Source: Myxococcota bacterium (lineage in GTDB: Bacteria; Myxococcota; XYA12-FULL-58-9; JALHOP01). Taken from it: 64,000 nucleotides of DNA. Both the position numbers and the translations under genes were made by a program. This document shows positions 10,105 through 18,436 of this stretch, in pieces. How positions within the stretch are numbered: position 1 is the stretch's first letter; each line of letters starts with the position of its first letter. Location: NCBI GenBank assembly GCA_041288095.1, contig JBGGMJ010000188.1, positions 1-64,000 of the forward strand, read 5' to 3'. The notes below the pieces were generated by a model. It ran no database searches and was not told where the DNA came from. It saw only the letters and a list, made by a program, of their open reading frames with translations.

Positions 10105-10640
10105 GGCACGTTCCTCTCCGCCGGCTTCTTCGCCGCGCGCTTCTTCGCGTTGGTCTTCTTGACGTTCTTCACCGCCGCGGCCGCGTCGAGCATGGGCTTC
10201 AAATGACTGCCGGGCTCGGCCTTGGGCTTGTCGCGCGCCGATGGACTCTCGTTGGTGGCGATCTCGCCGGTCTCGGCGAGTTGCTTGAAGCGGCGCAGAT
10301 GCTCCTTGAGCTGGGCACCGGGGTCGAGGCCGGACAAGCCCGAACGCACGGCCGAGAGCCTGCCCATCGGCGCGCTATAGCGGATGAGACCGCGCACCAC
10401 CGTGCCGCGCGTGCCCTCGTCGAAGGCGACCTCCACGTCATCCATCCATACGGGTAGTCGCTCGAAGTCGTTCCACATGGCGCGCAGCTCGTAAGCCGGC
10501 TTGCGGATGGTGACGAAATACTCGGCTTCGATGATCTGATTCGCGCGCCGTGCCACGGCCCTGCGAGCACTATAGGCCGCGATCGCGGACCCCGCCGTTC
10601 CCAGCGCGATACGCCAGGCTACCTTTCTCATCGCTTTCAT
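10101..10640 (-). CDS. SRPBCC/cyclase-like protein, apparently internally shortened
   Basis: [17 protein letters not shown] and [15 protein letters not shown] motifs; Lys/Ala-rich tail. Confidence 0.7.
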   Translation of the reverse strand: MKAMRKVAWRIALGTAGSAIAAYSARRAVARRANQIIEAEYFVTIRKPAYELRAMWNDFERLPVWMDDVEVAFDEGTRGTVVRGLIRYSAPMGRLSAVRSGLSGLDPGAQLKEHLRRFKQLAETGEIATNESPSARDKPKAEPGSHLKPMLDAAAAVKNVKKTNAKKRAAKKPAERNVP

Positions 10641-10661
10641 TTGTTCCCTCGTCAGCGCCGA

Positions 10662-11621
10662 CTAGGCGCCCGAGCCGTCCACCAGCTCGTTGTTGGCCCG
10701 CTCGGCCTCGCGCAACGGCGCTCGCACCCAGCGCGGCAGATCCTTTGTTTCACTCTCGCTGCCCTTCGCTTCGGCAGTGCCGATACCGCCCGGCTTGGGG
10801 AGGGCCCGATCGACCAAGGACAGGAGAATCGCTGTGAGGCTGGGACTGACCGCTTGGGCCAGGACACCGAGCTTCGCGGGCACGCCGAGCACCAGCTCGG
10901 CCTTGCCCCGCTCGAGGGCGTCGACGATGCGTCGCGCCGCCCGGTTCACCTCGATCGAGAGGATCGGCATGGTCGAGGCTGTCGCGAACCAGGCGTACTC
11001 GAGGTCATTCTTTCCCTTGAAGGTGGCGTGCCGCGGGCTGCCGGTGCGCATGAGACCGGGACACACGGTCGTGACGAAGATGCCGTGCTTGCGCAGCTCC
11101 ACACGCAGGCCGCGCGACAAGCCGACGAGCGCGAACTTGCTCACCGAGTAGGGCAAGAGGTGCGGCACGGCGATGCGGCCGCCGACCGACGAGACGTTGA
11201 CGATATGCCCCGAGCCACGCTCCCGCATCGACGGCAGGACGGTGTCGATGAGATGGAGCGGCGCCCAGAGATGGACCTTCATGGCGTACTCGTAGTTGTC
11301 GAGCGTCATGCTCTCCATCGGACCGACCTGGATGATGCCGGCGTTGTTGATAAGGACGTCGATGGGCCCGAGCGCGCTCACCACCTCATGGACCATGTCG
11401 ACGATCTGGCCGGTGTCGGCGAGGTCGCAGGGTACGGCGAAGACGTCACCGAGCTCGGCGGCGACGTGACCGAGCTCTTCGGTGTCGCGCGCCGTGATTG
11501 CTACCTTGGCACCGCGTCGGGAGAGCTCACGCGCGAGACACAAGCCCAGGCCCCGCGAGCTGCCGGTGACCAACACGACCTTGCCTTCAACGCTGACGCG
11601 TCGACGCCAACCGAACGGCAT
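10662..11621 (-). CDS. SDR family oxidoreductase
   Basis: TGSSRGLG, NNAG, YSVSK and CPGLMRT motifs. Confidence 0.92.
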   Translation of the reverse strand: MPFGWRRRVSVEGKVVLVTGSSRGLGLCLARELSRRGAKVAITARDTEELGHVAAELGDVFAVPCDLADTGQIVDMVHEVVSALGPIDVLINNAGIIQVGPMESMTLDNYEYAMKVHLWAPLHLIDTVLPSMRERGSGHIVNVSSVGGRIAVPHLLPYSVSKFALVGLSRGLRVELRKHGIFVTTVCPGLMRTGSPRHATFKGKNDLEYAWFATASTMPILSIEVNRAARRIVDALERGKAELVLGVPAKLGVLAQAVSPSLTAILLSLVDRALPKPGGIGTAEAKGSESETKDLPRWVRAPLREAERANNELVDGSGA

Positions 11622-11697
11622 GTCCTACCCCCAACTGCTAGGAAAAGGTCGGGAGCGCACCTCGGCAAGGGACAAGTTTCCCCGGTTTTCCGACGGG

Positions 11698-12276
11698 CTA
11701 AAGGACGCCGAGGACGGCGAGCTCCCGGCGTAGATCGGCGGCGCTGGTGAAACGGTGGGCGTGCATGCCAACAGCGTGTGCCGCCTGACAGTTCACCTCG
11801 CGGTCGTCGATGAACAGATAGCGGTCGGCGGGTCCACCCAGGGTGTCGATGACGTTGGTGTAGGCCTTGGCGTCGGGCTTGCGAACGCGAGTCTCGAACG
11901 AGACGAAGGTCCAGGGCATGAACCGCGATACGTTCAGACGCTCGTCGACCAACTTGTACCAGCTCGAGTAATTCGAGAGCGCGTGCATCTCGACCTTTTT
12001 AGCGGACAGGTCCTCGAGCAGGGGAAGCATGCCGTCGACGTAGCGGTAGGCGTCACGAACACAGGCTCGGAAGGCGTCGTGGTCGAACGGCCCTTGACCT
12101 GCGAAGAGCCGGTTCAGACACTCGGTCTCGCTGATGGCGTCGACTTCGAACGAGCGCCAAGCCGTCGGGTCGCGCTTCGCGAACAGCTCTTGCGTGGTGA
12201 TGCCGAAGAAGCCCGGGAGCTCCTTGTGCACCGGATCGACGACCACCGTATCCATCATGTCGAAGAGCAAGATCAC
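11698..12276 (-). CDS. HAD family phosphatase
   Basis: FDMMDTV, LSN, RKPD and FIDDREVN motifs. Confidence 0.9.
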   Translation of the reverse strand: MILLFDMMDTVVVDPVHKELPGFFGITTQELFAKRDPTAWRSFEVDAISETECLNRLFAGQGPFDHDAFRACVRDAYRYVDGMLPLLEDLSAKKVEMHALSNYSSWYKLVDERLNVSRFMPWTFVSFETRVRKPDAKAYTNVIDTLGGPADRYLFIDDREVNCQAAHAVGMHAHRFTSAADLRRELAVLGVL

Positions 12277-13172
12277 ATGACCACCAAGACGCTGCCGATG
12301 AAGCCCAAGAGCACCGCGACGAGCTTCATCGGCGTCAGCCTCTCGTGCAGGAAAATCGCCGCCAGCACCACGATGAACAGTGTGCTCGTCTGATTCAAGA
12401 CCGCCGCGATGGCCGCTTTGGCGTACTTGAAGCCGGCGACCCAGAGCTGCATCGACACGAACATGCCGAAGAAGGCCCCAGGTAAGGCAAAGCGCCAGGC
12501 GGGTTGCGGTTTGAGCGCGTCGATGGTCGCGCGCAGCCAGCGTGGGTTCGCCAAGGCAATCACCATGCTCGCCACCAGACCACCGCTCATCCGCACCGTA
12601 GCTACCCAGCGCACATCGTGGTCGGGGAGCTGCGCTTTGATGGCGACGATGGCGATGCCGAAGAAGAAGCAGGCGCCGAGGCCGGCGATGATGCCGCGCA
12701 CCGCGCGGAGTCTGCTGATTGGCGCCGTGTCCTGACCGCGCGCTTCGAAGCCCACGAGCACGAGCCCCGAGATGATGAAGGTCGCGCCGATGAGATCACG
12801 CGGCGTTACCTGCTCACCCAGATGCAGGTAGGCAAAGAGCACGACGAACGGGCTGTAGGCGGTTTCGATGATGGCGGCCCGCCCGGCGCCGACGTCGTTC
12901 AAACAGAGAAAGTAGAGGGTGTCGGCGATGCCGATGCCCATGGCGCCGCTCACCGCGAAGCGCAGTGTGGTCTGCCAGGGAACATCGGGCGTGAGGGTGA
13001 CGCCGCTAAACAGCCCGAGGATCACCATGAGCACGAGCCCCAACGCGCAGTTGATGATGCTGAGCGGGATGGGGTGCATCGCCTCGCCGGCGCGTTTGAA
13101 GAAGAGCGACGCGACGGACCAGGTGAGCGCGGTGGCGAGGGCGAAGGTCGCGCCGAGCACGGCAGGTGACAC
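12273..13172 (-). CDS. DMT/EamA family transporter
   Basis: About 10 TM helices in two EamA repeats (LHLGEQ; FLHERL). Start placed at GTG 13172. Confidence 0.88.
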   Translation of the reverse strand: MSPAVLGATFALATALTWSVASLFFKRAGEAMHPIPLSIINCALGLVLMVILGLFSGVTLTPDVPWQTTLRFAVSGAMGIGIADTLYFLCLNDVGAGRAAIIETAYSPFVVLFAYLHLGEQVTPRDLIGATFIISGLVLVGFEARGQDTAPISRLRAVRGIIAGLGACFFFGIAIVAIKAQLPDHDVRWVATVRMSGGLVASMVIALANPRWLRATIDALKPQPAWRFALPGAFFGMFVSMQLWVAGFKYAKAAIAAVLNQTSTLFIVVLAAIFLHERLTPMKLVAVLLGFIGSVLVVM

Positions 13173-13226
13173 GTCAGGGTCCGCCGAAGAAGTGCTCGAG
13201 CATGGACGCAGGCGTACGCGAGAGAT
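13140..13226. repeat. Copy A of the duplicated dapE 3' end / EamA 5' start junction
   Basis: Matches 13636..13707; keeps the intact EamA start; the dapE-like tail carries a 12-nt insertion and is orphaned. Confidence 0.9.
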
Positions 13227-13297
13227 GGCGGGTGTGGCAAATGACGACCAAGCTCGAGCTGACGCAACGTCCTGTCCCGACGTCAGAACAGCTACCC

Positions 13298-13325
13298 GCA
13301 ATGCTAGACCGGTGGGCAGCGATAA
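13298..13325 (+). promoter_or_regulatory. sigma28-like motif (N16 variant)
   Basis: GCAA-N16-AGCGATAA, 31 nt upstream of ATG 13357. Confidence 0.5.
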
Positions 13326-13356
13326 AGACCGCACACCCGTTAATTAGGCGGCGCTC

Positions 13357-13629
13357 ATGTCTCGTCTCGCAGGACTTCCGGATTTCATGATCGGTGACCC
13401 TTATGCCATCGGCTACAACCCGCGGGACCACCGCGAGCGTGTGACCTCCGGTCGGACGACCCTCGAAGTCGGCGGCGTCTACAGCGAGGCCGAACAGAAG
13501 GCCTTCAACCTGCCGCACGGGTATCGCTGGAGCTCGGTGACTCACGGTCTCGACGAGACGGGCAAAGGCGCACGGCGTGCCCTCGAGAAGATCGCAGCGC
13601 ACGGCGGCTCCGGCATTAGCGGTCTGTAA
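13357..13629 (+). CDS. Small hypothetical protein (90 aa) between the duplicated junction copies
   Basis: ATG-start ORF with high-GC3 codons and its own upstream motif, oriented opposite to the flanking operon. Confidence 0.6.
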   Translation: MSRLAGLPDFMIGDPYAIGYNPRDHRERVTSGRTTLEVGGVYSEAEQKAFNLPHGYRWSSVTHGLDETGKGARRALEKIAAHGGSGISGL

Positions 13630-13635
13630 GCACTC

Positions 13636-13707
13636 GGCGAAGGTCGCGCCCAGCACGGTGACACGTCAGGGTGCGCCGAAGAAGTGCTCGAGCGTACGCG
13701 AGTAGAT
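13636..13707. repeat. Copy B of the duplicated dapE 3' end / EamA 5' start junction
   Basis: Contains the intact dapE end and stop; the EamA-start copy has a 4-nt deletion and ends after a few codons. Confidence 0.9.
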
Positions 13708-14799
13708 CCGTTTTAGCGTCTCGAGATCGGCGACGCTCACTTGCTCGTTTACCTTGTGCATCGACTCGCCGGCGAGCCCGAGCTCGACGACCGGCGCGTA
13801 GGCGCGGATGAAGCGTGCGTCGGAGGTGCCGCCGCTGGTGCTGAGCTCGGCTGCTCGCCCGGTGACGTCGCGAACAGCACGCTGCACGACGTCGAGGAGC
13901 GGTCCGCCGGTGGTTACGAAGGCGCCGCCGCCGCTCACGCTCGCCACCAAGGTGTAGCGCGGGTCGACGGCGTCGAGCGTCTCGCGGATGCGCGCTTCGA
14001 GGGACTCGGGAGTGAAGGTGTCGTTGAAGCGGACGTTGAAGCGGGCCGTGGCGCGGGCAGGGATGACGTTGGTCGCCGGATTGCCGACGTCGACGCTCGT
14101 GAGCTGGAGGCTCGACGGCGCGAAGTGCTTGGTGCCCTGGTCGAGCGGCGTCGCCACCAAGGCGTGAGCGAGCCTCGTCAAGCGGTGCACCGGGTTGTCG
14201 GCAAGCTCGGGATAAGCGACGTGGCCTTGGACGCCCTCGACGGTGAGCACGGCGTTGAAGCTGCCGCGCCGGCCGACCTTGATGGCGCTCCCCACCCAGC
14301 CACGGCTCGTTGGCTCGCCCACGAGACAAGCGTCGATACGCTCGCCTCGCGCCGCGAGCGTCTGCAAGACCGGGCGCGTACCGTGGATGGCGCGACCTTC
14401 TTCATCACCCGTGATGAGCAAGCTCACCGACCCGGAAGCCGGCGTCGGCGCTTCGGCCACCGCGCCGATGAAGGCGGCGATCGCCCCCTTCATGTCGACG
14501 GCGCCGCGCCCGATGAGGTGACCGTCGACGAGCTCTCCCGCGAAGGGCCCGTGCGACCAGGCGCGCTCGTCTCCGGCGGGCACGACGTCGGTGTGGCCCG
14601 CGAAGCAAAAGTTGGGCCCGCTCGTGCCACGCCGGGCGTAGAGGTTGTCGACCCGCTCGTCAGCGTCGCCATAGGTCAGACGCTCGCAAGTGAAGCCGAG
14701 CGCTGTCAGTGCCCGCTCGACGACCTCGAGGGCCCCGGCGTCGCTCGGGGTGACGCTCGGGCAACGCAGGAGGGCACGGGTGAGATCGACGAAATCCAC
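13666..14799 (-). CDS. dapE: Succinyl-diaminopimelate desuccinylase
   Basis: FAGHTDVVP, GRGAVDMKG, TGDEEG, GEPT, GRRGS, QGHVAYP, GGTSDARFI and MHKVNE motifs. Confidence 0.95.
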   Translation of the reverse strand: MDFVDLTRALLRCPSVTPSDAGALEVVERALTALGFTCERLTYGDADERVDNLYARRGTSGPNFCFAGHTDVVPAGDERAWSHGPFAGELVDGHLIGRGAVDMKGAIAAFIGAVAEAPTPASGSVSLLITGDEEGRAIHGTRPVLQTLAARGERIDACLVGEPTSRGWVGSAIKVGRRGSFNAVLTVEGVQGHVAYPELADNPVHRLTRLAHALVATPLDQGTKHFAPSSLQLTSVDVGNPATNVIPARATARFNVRFNDTFTPESLEARIRETLDAVDPRYTLVASVSGGGAFVTTGGPLLDVVQRAVRDVTGRAAELSTSGGTSDARFIRAYAPVVELGLAGESMHKVNEQVSVADLETLKRIYSRTLEHFFGAP

Positions 14800-14849
14800 G
14801 TCTTATGCGTCTTAGCATGGAGGGCCGTGTGGTCGCGACTGCAGACCAC

Positions 14850-14909
14850 AGCGCGGACAACGCTCCCCACAAACGCTTGTGGGCCTACCGTGGTGAGCGC
14901 GGACAACGC
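14850..14909. repeat. 14-bp direct repeat flanking a hairpin
   Basis: AGCGCGGACAACGC at 14850 and 14896; CCCACAA-N4-TTGTGGG inverted repeat between the copies. Confidence 0.8.
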
Positions 14910-14957
14910 CCCTCAGGCGCCAATGTAGTCGTTCATGATCTCGGGCATGTCGCTGCG

Positions 14958-14973
14958 TGGCACATGCGTTGCT
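14958..14973 (+). promoter_or_regulatory. Putative sigma54 -24/-12 promoter
   Basis: TGGCAC-ATGCG-TTGCT matches the consensus TGGCAC-N5-TTGCW and lies directly upstream of ATG 14986. Confidence 0.7.
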
Positions 14974-14985
14974 CTTCCAGAGGGC

Positions 14986-15168
14986 ATGATGAACAGCTAC
15001 ACCCCGAGGGAAATGGGCGCTGACGCGGTAGTGGGCGGGGGCGCTTGGATGCAGGATGAGCTCGATGCCGAGATCGACCGCTGGGCGGAACGGATCGAGG
15101 ACGAGGTCACAGCCGGCAATATAAGTTTGGAAGAAGCATATGAGCTCTTACGCGAACGCGACGGGTGA
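14986..15168 (+). CDS. Small acidic hypothetical protein (about 60 aa)
   Basis: ATG directly after the sigma54 site; amphipathic acidic helix; overlaps the next gene. Confidence 0.55.
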   Translation: MMNSYTPREMGADAVVGGGAWMQDELDAEIDRWAERIEDEVTAGNISLEEAYELLRERDG

Positions 15169-15727
15169 TCTTCGTATCGTGAAGCGCAGCGGCTGGACTC
15201 GCCAGCCATGGCGCAACGGTAAGGGGACGACCAACGAGGTCTTGCGCGACGGCGACAGCGAGAGCTTCGTCTGGCGCATCTCGGTCGCCGAGGTCTCGGA
15301 GAGCGCGCACTTCTCTCAGTTCAACGGCGTCGACCGCATCTTGACCCAGCTCGAAGGCGGTCCGCTATTGCTGACAATCGCCGACACCACGGTAAAGACC
15401 GCGGCGCTCGGTGAGCCCTGTCCCTTCGCGGGCGAGGTGCCGGTCTATTGCCATGTCACCGGCGGCACGGCGCGGGACCTGAACGTGATGACACGGCGTG
15501 ATCGGGTACGGGCCTCGATGGCTCGGCTGAGCTCCGATTTCGAGCTCTCGGTGGCGCCGGGTGGCAGATCGTTCGCGTATGTCGCGCAGGGCGAGGTTAC
15601 CTTCGCCGGCAAGCGACTCGAGGCGGATGACCTCATCGAGGCGACCCCTGGAGAATCGTTGAAGATAGACGTGGCACCGGGGGCCGTGGTCTATCGTATC
15701 GACATCGTCGGCCGCGAAGGGGCATGA
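15140..15727 (+). CDS. HutD/Ves family cupin-like protein
   Basis: PWRNGKGTTNEV, WRISVAEV, FSQFNGVDR and DLNVMTRR motifs. Confidence 0.9.
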   Translation: MSSYANATGDLRIVKRSGWTRQPWRNGKGTTNEVLRDGDSESFVWRISVAEVSESAHFSQFNGVDRILTQLEGGPLLLTIADTTVKTAALGEPCPFAGEVPVYCHVTGGTARDLNVMTRRDRVRASMARLSSDFELSVAPGGRSFAYVAQGEVTFAGKRLEADDLIEATPGESLKIDVAPGAVVYRIDIVGREGA

Positions 15728-15737
15728 TTCGCGGCAA

Positions 15738-17366
15738 GTGCAGTTTCTGAACGCCATCTCCGTCGGTGACGGTCTCCTACAACGCGTATCCGACGCCATC
15801 GGCGGCAACTCGCCGAACAAGCTGAGCCCCCTGCACCTCGCGAGGCTGCGGCTCACCGACCCGGAGAAGTCCCTCCTCGTCGACTACGGCAAGCGCCAGC
15901 TCAATCAGCGCGCGGGCGGTTGGCATCCGCTCGACGGCGCCGGCAACCAGGACCCCATCGAGCAAACGGCGCGGGCGGCGCTCTTCCACATCCTGACAGG
16001 GCCGGTCGACGTCTCGACGGAATTCGGCAAGGCAACCGAGACGACGCGCATGCTGCTGGGCATCCGCAACGTCACCGATACGATCGTGCACGAGGGGCTC
16101 CTCAAGAAGTACACGGCCAATCACCTCGCCGACTCTTTTGTCTTCTATAACGGGCACGCGACCGCGGCCACCTTGTCCCTCTTCCCGATGCTCGGTGCGC
16201 TCGGCCTGCGCGACATCGGCTTCAATGTCTCGAACTACAGCGGCGACAAGGGCGTGCGGAGCTTGTTCAACACCATGCTGCACGAGCGCATGGCCGTCAG
16301 CGATGGCACCGATGCCCAGGTGCGCTTCCTCCAGTCGCTCGATAAGAACCCCAAGAAGCCGATCATCTTGATCAACGCCGGGAAGTTCTTCGACGGCATG
16401 GTAGCGGTGAGTCAGTCGATCCGGAAACGCATCATGAACGGCGACATCCGCTTCGTGATGCACAACGCCGCCGATCAGAAGGCCCTGGCCAAGATCGCGC
16501 CCGGGGCGATCATGATCGACCTCGCCAACAGCGACGCCAAGAAGCTCGAGGCGCAGGTCATCGGCGAGCAATGCGCGGTTCACTGCGGTCAGGCTGCCCT
16601 CGACCATCTCAAGATGCCGCTCAAGGACACGTATTGCATCGTCAAGGGTGCCGGCCTCATCGGTGGCAGCGCTCTCAAAGGTTTGATCGCGTTCGGCTAC
16701 TCGCCGGACCGTATCGTCGTCATCGACCCCGATCCCGAGATGCAGGCGCACGCGAACGAGCTCCGCATCGAACATGTCTATGACAAGGCACCCCCGTGGC
16801 TTGCCGCCGAGAAGCACGGCGTCTTGCTGGTGGCGACCAATGGGATGGGTCTCACCGCCGCGGACGTCGATGGGCTGCCGCATCATACGGTCACGTTGAC
16901 GACAACCACCGGCGGCGGCGGCATCGACATGCGGAGTCTCCAGCAGCGGCTGCCGCAGCTCGAGCGCACGAACGCGCGTTTCATGGCGCACGGCACGGCG
17001 CTTACCGATCAGAACATCTTCGAGGACGTCATCCTCCGGGAGAGCAGCACGGGCCGGCGCATCACCGTGGTGAGCTGCCGCTACGACGACCAGCAAATCT
17101 GGCGGGCTTATCCGCCGAACCTGCTCGATACGGCGGGTCAGATGAGGCTCGTCACCAGCGCCATGTTGAATGTCGCCGTCTGCGAGGCCGCGGCGGAGAC
17201 GAGACCCGGCCTGCACAAGCTCTCCCAGGCCGGCGAAGACCTCATCGATAAGGCGTTCGGTATGAGCACCCCCGGGCCGCTCATCGCTGGCCTCATCCCG
17301 CCACGCTTGCGTCTCGCGGTGGAGGGCCTCGATTGCCGTCCGCGACAGCAGTTGATCATCGGCTAA
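15738..17366 (+). CDS. Divergent adenosylhomocysteinase-like NAD-binding protein
   Basis: GAGLIGG Rossmann motif; segments echoing AHCY (H-A-T-A-A-T..LGALG..SNYS; IDLANSDAKKLE); N-terminal extension of about 130 aa. Confidence 0.5.
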   Translation: MQFLNAISVGDGLLQRVSDAIGGNSPNKLSPLHLARLRLTDPEKSLLVDYGKRQLNQRAGGWHPLDGAGNQDPIEQTARAALFHILTGPVDVSTEFGKATETTRMLLGIRNVTDTIVHEGLLKKYTANHLADSFVFYNGHATAATLSLFPMLGALGLRDIGFNVSNYSGDKGVRSLFNTMLHERMAVSDGTDAQVRFLQSLDKNPKKPIILINAGKFFDGMVAVSQSIRKRIMNGDIRFVMHNAADQKALAKIAPGAIMIDLANSDAKKLEAQVIGEQCAVHCGQAALDHLKMPLKDTYCIVKGAGLIGGSALKGLIAFGYSPDRIVVIDPDPEMQAHANELRIEHVYDKAPPWLAAEKHGVLLVATNGMGLTAADVDGLPHHTVTLTTTTGGGGIDMRSLQQRLPQLERTNARFMAHGTALTDQNIFEDVILRESSTGRRITVVSCRYDDQQIWRAYPPNLLDTAGQMRLVTSAMLNVAVCEAAAETRPGLHKLSQAGEDLIDKAFGMSTPGPLIAGLIPPRLRLAVEGLDCRPRQQLIIG

Positions 17367-17369
17367 CCG

Positions 17370-17396
17370 TTATCGCGTACGTCGCCCCCGAAGTGT
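17370..17396 (-). promoter_or_regulatory. sigma28-like motif pointing antisense into the 15738 gene
   Basis: Minus-strand ACAC-N15-CGCGATAA with GTGAC 9 nt upstream. Confidence 0.35.
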
Positions 17397-17454
17397 TACG
17401 TCCCCGTCACGTGCGTGTGGGGGCCATGCCTTGCGCCACCCGTATGAGGGCAAC

Positions 17455-18279
17455 ATGCGCATTCAAACCCTCGCCCATGTCTCCGATCTGCACCTGGGCG
17501 GCGGCGCGCGCAGCGCCGACATGGCGCGGGCCATCGCTGACACCCTGCTTGCGACCAAGGTCGACCACGTGGTCGTCACGGGCGACCTCACGCACCGGGG
17601 CCGAGCATCGGAGCTCGCCGCCTACGAGGACGCCTTCGCGCCGCTGATCGCGCGCGGCCGCGTCACCTGCGTTCCGGGCAATCACGATCGCTTGGGTGAC
17701 GACGTTCGCGAGCGCATCATGGAGGGGGCACGTATCCAGATCGACAGCCGTGAAGGCCTCCATATCGTGCGCGTCGACTCCACCGGGCCGCACAACCGGT
17801 CCTGGCTGCATGGCCATGGACTGCTCACCAAACAAGACGTTCACGCCATCGACGAGGCGCTGGACGAGGCGCCCCGCGATGCCTTGCGTCTCGTCATCTT
17901 GCACCACCATCCGTTGCCTCTTCGCGAGGAATCGCTCGGCGAGCGTCTCTCCAACTGGATGGGCTGGCCGTTCACCTTGGAGCTGGCGTCCGGCGCGGGC
18001 CTACTCGAGCGCATCCAGGGTCGCTGCGACTTGGTGTTGCATGGTCACCGGCACGTTCCGTCGGCGACGCAGGTCGGTAGAGGAGCCCACGGGCGGCCGC
18101 TGCTCGTGTGCAACGCCGGCAGCTCGACGCAGCTTGGGCGCGTGCGCCTGTTCGCACATCGCGATGGCGGACTTTGTCTCGCGCCTATGTGGCTCGATGT
18201 GGCCGCTGACACCATGGCGCTGCCGGAGGCGGTGCGGGTGCTCGAGCCGGTCGCTATCGCGGAATCAATCGCCGCGTGA
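17455..18279 (+). CDS. Metallophosphoesterase (CpdA/Icc-like)
   Basis: SDLH, TGDLT, PGNHD, HHHP and LHGHRH motifs. Confidence 0.9.
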   Translation: MRIQTLAHVSDLHLGGGARSADMARAIADTLLATKVDHVVVTGDLTHRGRASELAAYEDAFAPLIARGRVTCVPGNHDRLGDDVRERIMEGARIQIDSREGLHIVRVDSTGPHNRSWLHGHGLLTKQDVHAIDEALDEAPRDALRLVILHHHPLPLREESLGERLSNWMGWPFTLELASGAGLLERIQGRCDLVLHGHRHVPSATQVGRGAHGRPLLVCNAGSSTQLGRVRLFAHRDGGLCLAPMWLDVAADTMALPEAVRVLEPVAIAESIAA

Positions 18280-18436
18280 GACGTTGGATCACATGAGCCC
18301 ACACGTGGCGCCGGACCCACGATTCTAGCGGGTTTCCGCCCACGATCTGAGGCTCGTCGTCTACGCAAAAACGGGTGTCAGGATCGCAATGTCGGACACT
18401 TGCAAGCAGGCGCAATACTTGCACATACACGCGCCG

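Noticed and set aside
13173..13334. N-terminal extension of the EamA ORF to 13334 and ORF 13174..13656(-) ending in LEHFFGGP
   Set aside because: Both are by-products of the junction duplication; the dapE-like ending is the orphaned repeat copy, not a second gene.
17420..17434. GG-N10-GC sigma54-like site upstream of the metallophosphoesterase
   Set aside because: The -24 box (GGGGCC) matches TGGCAC poorly; such a match is expected by chance in GC-rich DNA.
18398..18423. TGCAAG-N11-CTTGCA inverted repeat upstream of the secreted hypothetical gene
   Set aside because: A single short instance with no second copy or adjacent regulator; too weak to call an operator.
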